From: a virus | Taxonomy: Duplodnaviria; Caudoviricetes | DNA length: 64,000 bases | IMG/VR virus record: IMGVR_UViG_2706795974_000001 | Location: 9,753 to 73,752 of that record | Reading direction: 5' to 3' (one strand) | In this document: positions 47,036-55,291 of the stretch, piece by piece | How positions within the stretch are numbered: position 1 is the first letter of the stretch | Layout of the letters: every line of letters starts with the position of its first letter | Position numbers and translations under genes: made by a program | The notes under the pieces: generated by a model | Database searches by the model: none | Told to the model about the DNA's origin: nothing | What the model saw: only the letters and a program-made list of their open reading frames with translations

Positions 47036-47551
47036 TCAGTCGTCGGTTGGTGTATCCCTAAAGGAGGTGTCCTCCTTCAGCTCTTCCTTTGATGCCCTAA
47101 GAGCTTCCATGTTAGGCACGTGAGTCTTGGTGACAATACTCGGGTCGGGGCCTTCCCATTCTCGCCGGAGTGTCTGGTGTCCACCCTCCGCCCAGCGTTC
47201 GCCCTCGCGGGTCCACAGTGTGACGTTGTCTCGGTACACGCGAGCGAAGTCTCCCGACCCGTTCTCGAATGCCTCGAGTGCCATCGCGTCACGCTGTGCA
47301 CACACTGGGTACGCCTCGGCGAATGCCATGTCGAACAGTCCCTTGAGTGCGGTCAGCTCGTCCACCCTGAGTCGGGTCAGCTCTAGGCTGATCTTCCCGA
47401 ACTCGTTGTTCATTGTCACCAGTACATCAGTGCCAGGCTCCATGCCTCGCGGCTTGGGCATGAGCTTGAGTACTGCGGTGAGGGTGAATGCCCTTGTCCA
47501 TGCCCGGCGCGACTCACCGAAGACGCCCGGTGCGTTGCCCTTATACTTCAT
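47036..47551 (-). CDS. Hypothetical protein
   Basis: Likely start at ATG 47551. Confidence 0.55.
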   Translation of the reverse strand: MKYKGNAPGVFGESRRAWTRAFTLTAVLKLMPKPRGMEPGTDVLVTMNNEFGKISLELTRLRVDELTALKGLFDMAFAEAYPVCAQRDAMALEAFENGSGDFARVYRDNVTLWTREGERWAEGGHQTLRREWEGPDPSIVTKTHVPNMEALRASKEELKEDTSFRDTPTDD

Positions 47552-47792
47552 TCTGGAGGTTTTGTGCCCGCCTGGCGCGCGCATTCCGCATCCTTTCAGT
47601 GCGAGACATATCGCGTGGGTAGTTGTAGTCCTTGTCCTTGCCGAGGCAATCGTCGCACATCCACTCGACAACGCGAGACCTGAACACGGTCGAAGCGTTC
47701 CCGATGCCAGCGAACATAGCCTTCTTGCTGGTCAACTCGTCTCGGCGCTTGTCCTTGCCGCACACAGTGCAGCAGTATATCGGTTCAGCCAT
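47541..47792 (-). CDS. Zinc-finger protein
   Basis: CTVC...MCDDC; basic tail. Confidence 0.65.
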   Translation of the reverse strand: MAEPIYCCTVCGKDKRRDELTSKKAMFAGIGNASTVFRSRVVEWMCDDCLGKDKDYNYPRDMSRTERMRNARARRAQNLQNEV

Positions 47793-47806
47793 TGTTCTCT
47801 TTCTAT

Positions 47807-48706
47807 CTAGAAGGGTTGAGGAAGAATGTCGTCATCGAATGATGGCCGCTCGCCAAGGACGCAGGTACGACAGCCGCCAACGACCGACAGGACCGCACGG
47901 TCGCTACTCATGGGGTCGAGTGCGGAGTAGCTCACATTGCACCAGTGGCAGTCATAGTCGAACCCGATGCCCAAGTCAATAACTCCATCCAGGGCGGCCA
48001 TGTATGCGCACACCAGCGTCTCTGGTTGGAGTCTGTAGTCGCTGGGAAACTCGCCTATGTTCAGGGCGATGGTGTCCACCACCCTGATGGGGGCTGACGG
48101 CGGTTCTGGATCGAGGAAGAACGGGCGGCACAAACCGATCACCTTGTAGGTATTGGTGTCCTCCTCGAACTTCGCACGGAAGCGTGCGTAGTGCCACACT
48201 ACATCTGAATCATCGTTCAGAGTGTATGCGATCGGCCAGTCGAAGTACGCCTCACTGATGATCGCCGCCATTAGAGTGTCAGCTATGACGCAGTCGGTTG
48301 GATTCGGAGTATCTGCTACAAAGTTTGGATCAGTGATCCGCTCACCGGCGATCTCGAAGCGGTACACAGCAACCGCTCCCGCCCCTCCGAATGCACGGGG
48401 ATACATGAAAGTGCCGTACACCCGGTTTACTGCCTCGAGTGGCACATTGAACAGAACACCTTGCGCTTTGGTGTCATCGCGCCAGATTGTGATCTCACCG
48501 TCAGCCACCGCGCTGAGCCCCCGCGAGTCCACAATGGGAAACTTGCCCGAAGTCATACTGACTTTCGAGGAATAAAAGCCCCCGTGCATCGTCAGGTAGT
48601 TAGCCATGTTAGAGGGGTTGCGGTAGTGCCCCTCTTCCTCGGGCTTGAATAGTGGCTCCTCAAGCTGGGCCAGTGCTTTCTTCAGGCCAATCACAGACAT
48701 GTTCAT
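47807..48706 (-). CDS. Hypothetical protein with acidic C-terminal tail
   Basis: RBS GGAGG; C-terminal CHWC..CRTC; ends FDDDILPQPF. Confidence 0.65.
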   Translation of the reverse strand: MNMSVIGLKKALAQLEEPLFKPEEEGHYRNPSNMANYLTMHGGFYSSKVSMTSGKFPIVDSRGLSAVADGEITIWRDDTKAQGVLFNVPLEAVNRVYGTFMYPRAFGGAGAVAVYRFEIAGERITDPNFVADTPNPTDCVIADTLMAAIISEAYFDWPIAYTLNDDSDVVWHYARFRAKFEEDTNTYKVIGLCRPFFLDPEPPSAPIRVVDTIALNIGEFPSDYRLQPETLVCAYMAALDGVIDLGIGFDYDCHWCNVSYSALDPMSSDRAVLSVVGGCRTCVLGERPSFDDDILPQPF

Positions 48707-49136
48707 CCCTCCCTTCGATGTACTTGGTGAGACTCCCGCTGAGGGGCGGGTTAATCTTGTCAGCGTGCCGCCTGAGTTCATCACGACTCAGCATCCCAAG
48801 ATCGGCGAATACTCTTATTGCCCTGGCCTCGGGGATACTGGATTGCGGAATCTTGCGGCGGCGTCGCCGCGACTTGCCCTGCCCTGCAGAACCCCATAGT
48901 TCTGATTGTACAGGTTCGACAGCTCGAACAACAGGTTCAGTTGCTTCGTCTTTTTCCGGGACGGTTTCTCCGGCTTCCTGGGCGGCAGTCGCTTGAGCTG
49001 GCGCTACTTTTCCTGCCTTCTTTGCTCGGCGGCTTCCTGCAGCTGCTTTCTTTTTGGCCTTCGGCTTTGCCACCCCATCGCATTCGCAGGGCGCCGCCTC
49101 GCAGAACATGCACAGCTCTGGTCCCTTCTTCGCCAA
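48660..49136 (-). CDS. Hypothetical protein (N-terminal CxxC-CxC, Lys/Ala-rich)
   Basis: ORF track; RBS GGAAGG. Confidence 0.55.
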   Translation of the reverse strand: MAKKGPELCMFCEAAPCECDGVAKPKAKKKAAAGSRRAKKAGKVAPAQATAAQEAGETVPEKDEATEPVVRAVEPVQSELWGSAGQGKSRRRRRKIPQSSIPEARAIRVFADLGMLSRDELRRHADKINPPLSGSLTKYIEGRDEHVCDWPEESTGPA

Positions 49137-49138
49137 GG

Positions 49139-49384
49139 TTAACCTTCCATCATCCTTGCGGAGTAGAAGCCGCTGGCGTAGGTGGCGAGCCCGATCCCCT
49201 CTGCGTAAGTACCTCCAACCAGTGCGGCGCGGTAGGCCTCCGCCTTGTTGAAGGGCGATGCCAGCCGCAGTGAGATGGACATGCAGGCAACGACGTCACT
49301 CTCATCAGCAGCGCCCGCTGCGATCAGCCACTTGTGAACAGCAGCTGTTGCGTCTGACTCCAACTGCTCGAGGTTCTCGCTCAA
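49139..49384 (-). CDS. Hypothetical protein
   Basis: TTG start with RBS AAGGAG just below a promoter. Confidence 0.6.
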   Translation of the reverse strand: MSENLEQLESDATAAVHKWLIAAGAADESDVVACMSISLRLASPFNKAEAYRAALVGGTYAEGIGLATYASGFYSARMMEG

Positions 49385-49412
49385 ATGTATGCTCCTTTGT
49401 TTGTGTCAGCTA

Positions 49413-49441
49413 ATAGTACCACATGCACGGGTAAATGTCAA
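49413..49441 (-). promoter_or_regulatory. SigA-type leftward promoter
   Basis: TTGACA-N17-TACTAT, preceded by TGTGG. Confidence 0.75.
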
Positions 49442-49444
49442 ACG

Positions 49445-50182
49445 CTAGAGCTTGGCGACTTCGTGTTCGTACTGTTCTTCGCTGATCTTCAACATGCCGA
49501 TGATGGCACCGGCGGGTATGTTCTTGCGGACCATGTTGACCAGGTGCGTGCGCTCGTCGTCGGTGAGGGCCTTGTACTTCCCCGTCTTGGGGTTGTCGCT
49601 GGGGGAGGATGACACGACCCCAGTCGGGCTAACCTTCTTCGGCTTGCCCACCTCCCTGGACGGCAGAGGCATTGGATTGTATCCCTTGCAGCCCGGGGTG
49701 TCCATGAACTCGATGTCACCAGTGTTCATGCGGTAACGCTTGAGCGCCCACTTGCTCACGGCAGTGACGTCCTCGAAGTGCGGAACACTCAGCAGGTGAA
49801 TGGCGTGGGCCAGCCCCTGCGCCTGACCCTGCAGCTTGAAGTAACCCTCGAGCTCGGGCTCGGTCATCTCGTCGTTCTTGAATCGTGGCCGCTGCTCCAT
49901 GATGGACTTCGTCACCCTGTCCAGCTGGTCCCAGATCTTCTCGATGATGCTAGCTCCCGCAGGCATGAGCCTCCCTTCGTCGTCGAGGATTCTTCGAACC
50001 TCTGTGTATGGGCATGTGCCGTTATCGTGATGGCGCTCGCGCTCTGCCTGTGCGCCTGCATTGCTTCGGTGGTAGGTGACCCAGGTGCAGCCATGAGCAC
50101 CACACTCGAACGTCCAGTCGAGGTGGTGCTCATGGTCTGGCTGGTTCACCGTGGGGAATATCTCCGGCCAGGTGGGGTACAT
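49445..50182 (-). CDS. Hypothetical protein with N-terminal C/H zinc motif and C-terminal HTH-like segment
   Basis: C..HGC...HH...C; LTDDERTHLVNMV...IIGMLKIS. Confidence 0.65.
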   Translation of the reverse strand: MYPTWPEIFPTVNQPDHEHHLDWTFECGAHGCTWVTYHRSNAGAQAERERHHDNGTCPYTEVRRILDDEGRLMPAGASIIEKIWDQLDRVTKSIMEQRPRFKNDEMTEPELEGYFKLQGQAQGLAHAIHLLSVPHFEDVTAVSKWALKRYRMNTGDIEFMDTPGCKGYNPMPLPSREVGKPKKVSPTGVVSSSPSDNPKTGKYKALTDDERTHLVNMVRKNIPAGAIIGMLKISEEQYEHEVAKL

Positions 50183-50358
50183 CAGAACTCCGTTGCCTCC
50201 ACGATCTCTTCCTCTTCGGGAAGGAGTGGGACCTCTAGCTCGTCCCAGATCGGGATGAGCCTTGATCGTATCCGGTAAGCGAGCTCGTCCATGTCGGAGT
50301 CGGGGTAGGTGTAGTACCCCAGCTCCTCAGGACCTGCGTAGTACGGGGGCCCCTGCAT
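50182..50358 (-). CDS. Small acidic protein
   Basis: TGATG coupling at 50358. Confidence 0.55.
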   Translation of the reverse strand: MQGPPYYAGPEELGYYTYPDSDMDELAYRIRSRLIPIWDELEVPLLPEEEEIVEATEF

Positions 50359-50591
50359 CAGGCGTCCAACGTCCACACCCGGAAGGCCTGCTCCCAGGCC
50401 GCAGGCACTCGGAAACCACCGACCGTGTTGAACACGAGTCTATTGCCCTCCATGATGAACACCGACTCGACAATGTCCTTGATGAACTTGCCCTGGTACT
50501 GGAACTCGATCTTCGTTCCGGGCAGGACACGACGTGCCTTCCGGGTGCCACTGAAGCTGTACTTCTTGGGTGCGAGCGCTGTCATTTGCAA
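50358..50591 (-). CDS. Small hypothetical protein
   Basis: RBS AGGAGG. Confidence 0.6.
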   Translation of the reverse strand: MQMTALAPKKYSFSGTRKARRVLPGTKIEFQYQGKFIKDIVESVFIMEGNRLVFNTVGGFRVPAAWEQAFRVWTLDA

Positions 50592-50617
50592 GGGGTTACC
50601 TCCTGGTGTTGTTGGGA

Positions 50618-51022
50618 TCAGTAGCAGCCGGCGCTGCTGTAGTAGTCGCTGTTGTCCTCGGCCTCGGAGACCTTGCGACCGTTGAGGAAGATGGCACAGT
50701 TGACGTAGCCGCCATCATTGTCGGTGACCCAGGCGTGGATGTAGCTTCCGTACTCGTCATAGACTCGGTAGTCATTCGAGATGCAGTGCACGTTCCCGTC
50801 CTGGGAGACATGACCTCGGACGAAGCGGACGTTGGTCTTGCTGACGCTGTTGCCGTAGCTGTTGGTGTAGTCAATATCCACTGTCGCTCCATTGTTCGAG
50901 CACATCCAGATACGCACGTCATCGTACTGGTCGGCCGATACTGCCTGCGCAGGGGCGGCGATGATGCCTGCGGCTGCGACGGTTGCGCCCAGGGCGGTGG
51001 CGATCTTGGCGGTGATGTTCAT
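50618..51022 (-). CDS. Secreted protein with signal peptide, MmpS-like beta domain
   Basis: MNITAKIATALGATVAAAGIIAAPAQA signal; NCAIFLNGRKVSE. Confidence 0.65.
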   Translation of the reverse strand: MNITAKIATALGATVAAAGIIAAPAQAVSADQYDDVRIWMCSNNGATVDIDYTNSYGNSVSKTNVRFVRGHVSQDGNVHCISNDYRVYDEYGSYIHAWVTDNDGGYVNCAIFLNGRKVSEAEDNSDYYSSAGCY

Positions 51023-51023
51023 G

Positions 51024-51347
51024 TCAGTTCTCCTCGGGGGTCTCGGTCTCGACGGGTGCGGTGGGCTCGGGCTCGGGGGTCTCGGTCACGACGACCTCCA
51101 CCTCCTCGGTCTCGACAACCGTCTCCACCACGGTCTCGGGTGCAGCGGGGGAGCCGGGGTCCTTGGCGACCGGGCCACCGACCTGCTCGACCTTCGGCGG
51201 ACAGGGTGCGAACTGTCCCGGTCCGATCTCGATTGCGCAGGGCATGGGCACCTTGGCCGGTGCGTGCGTGGGCTGTGCGATGGCAACAGCGGGCGCTCCG
51301 AGCGCGATGCCCAGTGCCGCTGCGAGTGCGATCTTCTTGATGTTCAT
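51024..51347 (-). CDS. Secreted Pro/Glu/Thr-rich protein
   Basis: MNIKKIALAAALGIALGAPAVAIA signal; two Cys; acidic VVET tail. Confidence 0.65.
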   Translation of the reverse strand: MNIKKIALAAALGIALGAPAVAIAQPTHAPAKVPMPCAIEIGPGQFAPCPPKVEQVGGPVAKDPGSPAAPETVVETVVETEEVEVVVTETPEPEPTAPVETETPEEN

Positions 51348-51400
51348 ACGGTACTCCTTCGGTTGTCGGTTGAGATATAACTGGTACTACCTTGGGTCCG

Positions 51401-51443
51401 AATGTAAGCCCGAGCCAAGATCCATTTGGCTCGGGCCTACATT
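51401..51443. terminator. 18-bp hairpin (one mismatch)
   Basis: AATGTAAGCCCGAGCCAA / TTGGCTCGGGCCTACATT. Confidence 0.55.
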
Positions 51444-51496
51444 ACTCTGCCCCGAATGCCTGGCAGTTGTCCCGTGGAGGACCAGGCATTACCGAG

Positions 51497-51922
51497 TCAG
51501 TCTTCGTCGCCCTCGCTGGTGGCGTCGGACTCGCGCTTCGAAGGCGGGTCCGCATGGAAGTGCGACAGCGGGGCGTGGTCGATCTCGTCGTGGAAAGCCA
51601 GCGCATTCTCCGGCGACATCTGGTTGATATCTGCCAGCGCGTAGCCGTGGCGATCCACGAGGTGACGCTTCACCGTGTCGAGGTTGACGAGGTTCAGGCG
51701 ACGCGCCTTCATCTCGGGCTCGGTCTCGAGGGCGATGCGGATGTCTGCGATGTTCGCCTTGGTGATGAGGGTAAGGGAAGCGCGACCCTTCTCCTTGAAG
51801 GCGATAGCCTCGGGCGAGGCGCTGGCGACGGTGCCGACGACGTACTCGTCGGACTCGGTGGTCTTTAGCTCGACCCGCTTCTCGGCGTAGTCGGTCAATG
51901 CGAGCTCGGTGGCCGCGGTCAT
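51497..51922 (-). CDS. Hypothetical protein with possible Sm/LSm-like N-terminal barrel
   Basis: RVELKT..DEYVVGTV...AIAFK...LITKANIADIRI; RBS AGGAGG. Confidence 0.6.
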   Translation of the reverse strand: MTAATELALTDYAEKRVELKTTESDEYVVGTVASASPEAIAFKEKGRASLTLITKANIADIRIALETEPEMKARRLNLVNLDTVKRHLVDRHGYALADINQMSPENALAFHDEIDHAPLSHFHADPPSKRESDATSEGDED

Positions 51923-51981
51923 GGTGTCCTCCTGGGTGGTGTTTGCGGTGGTCAGGGTGGTGGTCCGCCCGGTATGTGTTC

Positions 51982-52011
51982 ATAGTACCACATAACGGAC
52001 GGACCACACAA
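51982..52011 (-). promoter_or_regulatory. Leftward promoter
   Basis: TTGTGT-N18-TACTAT with the TGTGG extension seen at other promoters. Confidence 0.55.
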
Positions 52012-52043
52012 CCCGTCCCCCGGGGACTTTCGGCTGGGCGAAC

Positions 52044-52607
52044 TCACCCGGCGCGCAGGACCTGCAAGGTCTCGAGTCCGCCGACCCCCATGAACTTGAT
52101 GAGCTCCGACCACTCCACCGGGTCGTACCTGGCGGAAGACCCCGAGCTCAGGTGCCACCGGAGGTGGACCTCTGTCTCTCCGGGGCACGATGTGTCCCCG
52201 CAATTCGGAGTACCCTGCACCTGTCGAGTCTCGGGGATGCCGATGGCGGCGTAGTGGTATGCCTTGTCTGGCGTACTGCGCCATGTCTTGCGAAAGGCGA
52301 TGACCGGAGGCTCGCCGTCCGCGGTGAGCGCAGGCTCCATATGCAGCATCCGCTCTGTCAGCGACTCCTGCACAAGTTCGACGGTGACCTCCGCCTCCTC
52401 GAGTCGGCGCTCAACATCACGCTTCTCCTCGAGTGCCTGCGCCAGCAGACCAGCAAGCTCGCTGATCCCCATCTCTCGAGGCGGCGGGTTCAGTCCGCCC
52501 TTGAGCTCGAGCTTGCGGAGCTTGGACTCGCGGCACTTGGCCCGAGCTGCGCCGGTGTTCTCATGCCTGCAGTCCCGGTGACTGAAGCGAAGATTGCTGT
52601 CTGTCAT
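52044..52607 (-). CDS. Hypothetical protein (N-terminal H/C motif, coiled coil)
   Basis: HRDC.H..T...RAKCR; RBS AGGAGG. Confidence 0.65.
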   Translation of the reverse strand: MTDSNLRFSHRDCRHENTGAARAKCRESKLRKLELKGGLNPPPREMGISELAGLLAQALEEKRDVERRLEEAEVTVELVQESLTERMLHMEPALTADGEPPVIAFRKTWRSTPDKAYHYAAIGIPETRQVQGTPNCGDTSCPGETEVHLRWHLSSGSSARYDPVEWSELIKFMGVGGLETLQVLRAG

Positions 52608-52610
52608 GTG

Positions 52611-52850
52611 TTACCTCCTGGTAGTTCTGATTCGTTCGTCCAGCAGCCTTATCTTCAGGCCGATGTACTCATGGTCGGGCACCTCTTCGTACCGACCAGT
52701 CTCGGGATTCTTCCGCTCGATGGTGGTGAAGATGTTGGCACGGTCGATCTCGTTCATCGCCCGCACTGCATCTTCGAGTGTCGCCCAGGTGTTGGGGGTC
52801 ACCAGCTTGTAGGGTGTGTGCAGGATGGCACACCGAAATGACTCAGCCAT
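52611..52850 (-). CDS. Small hypothetical protein
   Basis: ORF track; coupled. Confidence 0.6.
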   Translation of the reverse strand: MAESFRCAILHTPYKLVTPNTWATLEDAVRAMNEIDRANIFTTIERKNPETGRYEEVPDHEYIGLKIRLLDERIRTTRR

Positions 52851-53091
52851 CCTTCTTGCCCTTCCCCTTGTCCTCGGATGGGGTGCGCCCGGTGATGCTT
52901 TCGAGCATCCGCTCGGCCTCCGCAGCGCGCTCGGCTGCGGTCTTCAGTTTGTACATCTTGGATACAGCCTCGGCCGCGATCACTAACACCTCACTGGCCT
53001 GCAGGTCCTGGTTCGAGAACATCTCCACCCGGTATTCCCGCTCGATCTCATCCTGGTTGCTGTCGTCTTCGATCTCGATGCTGACTCTCAC
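52843..53091 (-). CDS. Small hypothetical protein
   Basis: GTGA overlap start. Confidence 0.6.
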   Translation of the reverse strand: MRVSIEIEDDSNQDEIEREYRVEMFSNQDLQASEVLVIAAEAVSKMYKLKTAAERAAEAERMLESITGRTPSEDKGKGKKDG

Positions 53092-53378
53092 GACTTGAAA
53101 CCTCCATCCTTCATTACCTGTAGTCGAATCTTGCCCAGCTCTTGACGGGTTACGCCGCCCTTGATCTGGTACCCCTTTGGGTAATTGTACCTGCGCCGTT
53201 TAACGTAACCAGTGCCACGCTCAATCAGTGCTGTACGCCGCACACCGCAACGGTCGCAGAGCAGGGTCTCCCAGTATCCCTCTGTGGTGAACACGATGTC
53301 ACCAACTGCATCCCAGTCGTGACCGTAGATGCGGCAGCGCAGGTGCGCGGGATTAACGTCAGGCCCCTTTTGGTTCAT
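53088..53378 (-). CDS. Small zinc-binding protein (DUF1660-like)
   Basis: LRCRIYGHDW...LLCDRCG. Confidence 0.55.
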   Translation of the reverse strand: MNQKGPDVNPAHLRCRIYGHDWDAVGDIVFTTEGYWETLLCDRCGVRRTALIERGTGYVKRRRYNYPKGYQIKGGVTRQELGKIRLQVMKDGGFKS

Positions 53379-55291
53379 CGCAACCTCTTTCCCAGATGCT
53401 CAACCACCTTTCGGTAGTCCTTGGGGCTATTCACCTGGCAGGTGTCAAACCCATACTCCGTAGGCGAGTCAACGCCCATGCCTACTGCCATCAGCGTGAT
53501 GCGGTTCTTCGCGCAGTATGCGATCTCCGACTTAAGAACCTCGAGCTCCTCGTCGTAATTGGTGGCAGGCATCGCACCGTCTGTGTAGTACATCAAGATG
53601 CGATCCGTTGCCCGCATTGCTTCGAGTCGCTTGCGGTAGAACTGCAGGCTGTGTCCGTCCAGGTTGCCGCCACCCGAACCGAGTCGGCGCAGCGTGTCCC
53701 GCTGCTTGTCGCCCCATGTCTCGTCGGCTGTCTTGATTTGGTACATCTCGGGGTACAGCTTGTAGCCGCTGGCGTACCCGGTGGTGTGCGCCCAGACCTC
53801 GAACTTGATACCGAGTCGCCCGAGCACATCGGCCATTGCCAGTGCTGCGAACTTCTCTTCCTCCAGTGTCGAGCCCGTGGTCGAACCGCTGATGTCGATG
53901 CCGATGACCACAGCGTAATCCCGCTTGTCCGGCGTGATCTTCTTGCCGAAGATGCGGTCATCACCAAACGGCACACGCTTTGCGATGGTCTTGCCCACGA
54001 GCCTACCGCTGCGCTGGTTGCGCATACGCTGGGTGCGTGCGTTCTCACCGAACGCAACACGTGCCGCCGACAGTGCCGGCACAAGGTTGCGCTCGTCAGA
54101 CTTGAAGCGATCACGCTCGATTGTTCCGCGATAGCTGTTCGATGACTCGCCACCGCCGGGCGGTATGATACGAGGCGGAGCCACGTTCACAGGCACACGG
54201 TCGAGATGCTTCAGTGCCTCCAGCGCCTCGGCAATGTCCTCGGGGCGCAGGCCGTCTCCCTCACTGTCACCCTTACCCTCGTGCATCTGGTCACCGCCCA
54301 CACTGGGCGACGAGGTGCCATCAGTATCGGCGTCATCACTGCCGTCGATAGACAGGCCGTGCCCGAACACAGCCTTGAGTAGCTCGATGAGCTCCTTGAG
54401 CAGCTCCTCGACGTCGTCGTTCTCATCGACAGTCATGTGTCCGTTGTCGTTGAAGTATGCCAACGCCTGGAGCGCGAGCGCGAAGGACTCTTCAGTACCC
54501 GGCGAAGTCAGCATTGCGCTGATGATCCTGCGCACCTCGCTGGTGTCCACCAATGCCAGCACTTCGTCCTCGAAGTATCCCTCCAGGTCGGAGACGTCGA
54601 ACCGAGATGCGAACAGAAATGCCATGCACAACTGCTGATCGAACTCGAGGTCAATGTAGTGCTGCACAGAGCCGTCCTGCCTGTCCACACCCTCGAGCAG
54701 GAGGCGCTCACTCGTAGCCAGGAACACGTCCTCCTGGTCGGGGTCGAAGTCTATACGCGCCTTGTCACAGCGGATGTCCTCGGCAATCAGCATCAGCATC
54801 GACAGCCAAGGGTGACGCGCCGAGTTGACATGCGCAATCATCGGCTTGTCGTTGATGCTGTAGTTATCCGCGATCGAGTTCGTGATCCTCTCGAGCCACG
54901 GTTCGGCGAGCTTGTGCCAGTACCCATCACGCTGATTGAGAATGTTCAGCGCGTGGCTGTAGTTGACCTTGGCGAATGAGCCGTGCAGGATGTGCCCGAT
55001 CTCATGATGAAGAATCTCCATCAGCTCTTCCCGGGCGGCACACGCCGGGCAGACGGACATACCATCTGCCCGGCTGTTGCACATGCCGTTGTGCCGCTGC
55101 GGCTTGCCAAGTGCAAGCGGAGGGGCAATCGAGATTGTGTCGCCGTCGGTCATGCTGGACACTCCGGCGACCAGCTCGAGCTTGGGGTTGCCCGACATCT
55201 TCCGTGCGTACACACGCAGCGAAGGAATCATGCGCTGGAACTTCCGCACAGCCAACTCGGCCTGCTGCTTGCGCGTCAGCGTCTTGGTCAC
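53375..55291 (-). CDS. von Willebrand factor A (CobT-like) protein with N-terminal HExxH domain
   Basis: HEIGH; EDIR.D; MIDAS IDISGST, GNLDG and YTDGAMP. Confidence 0.88.
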   Translation of the reverse strand: MTKTLTRKQQAELAVRKFQRMIPSLRVYARKMSGNPKLELVAGVSSMTDGDTISIAPPLALGKPQRHNGMCNSRADGMSVCPACAAREELMEILHHEIGHILHGSFAKVNYSHALNILNQRDGYWHKLAEPWLERITNSIADNYSINDKPMIAHVNSARHPWLSMLMLIAEDIRCDKARIDFDPDQEDVFLATSERLLLEGVDRQDGSVQHYIDLEFDQQLCMAFLFASRFDVSDLEGYFEDEVLALVDTSEVRRIISAMLTSPGTEESFALALQALAYFNDNGHMTVDENDDVEELLKELIELLKAVFGHGLSIDGSDDADTDGTSSPSVGGDQMHEGKGDSEGDGLRPEDIAEALEALKHLDRVPVNVAPPRIIPPGGGESSNSYRGTIERDRFKSDERNLVPALSAARVAFGENARTQRMRNQRSGRLVGKTIAKRVPFGDDRIFGKKITPDKRDYAVVIGIDISGSTTGSTLEEEKFAALAMADVLGRLGIKFEVWAHTTGYASGYKLYPEMYQIKTADETWGDKQRDTLRRLGSGGGNLDGHSLQFYRKRLEAMRATDRILMYYTDGAMPATNYDEELEVLKSEIAYCAKNRITLMAVGMGVDSPTEYGFDTCQVNSPKDYRKVVEHLGKRLR

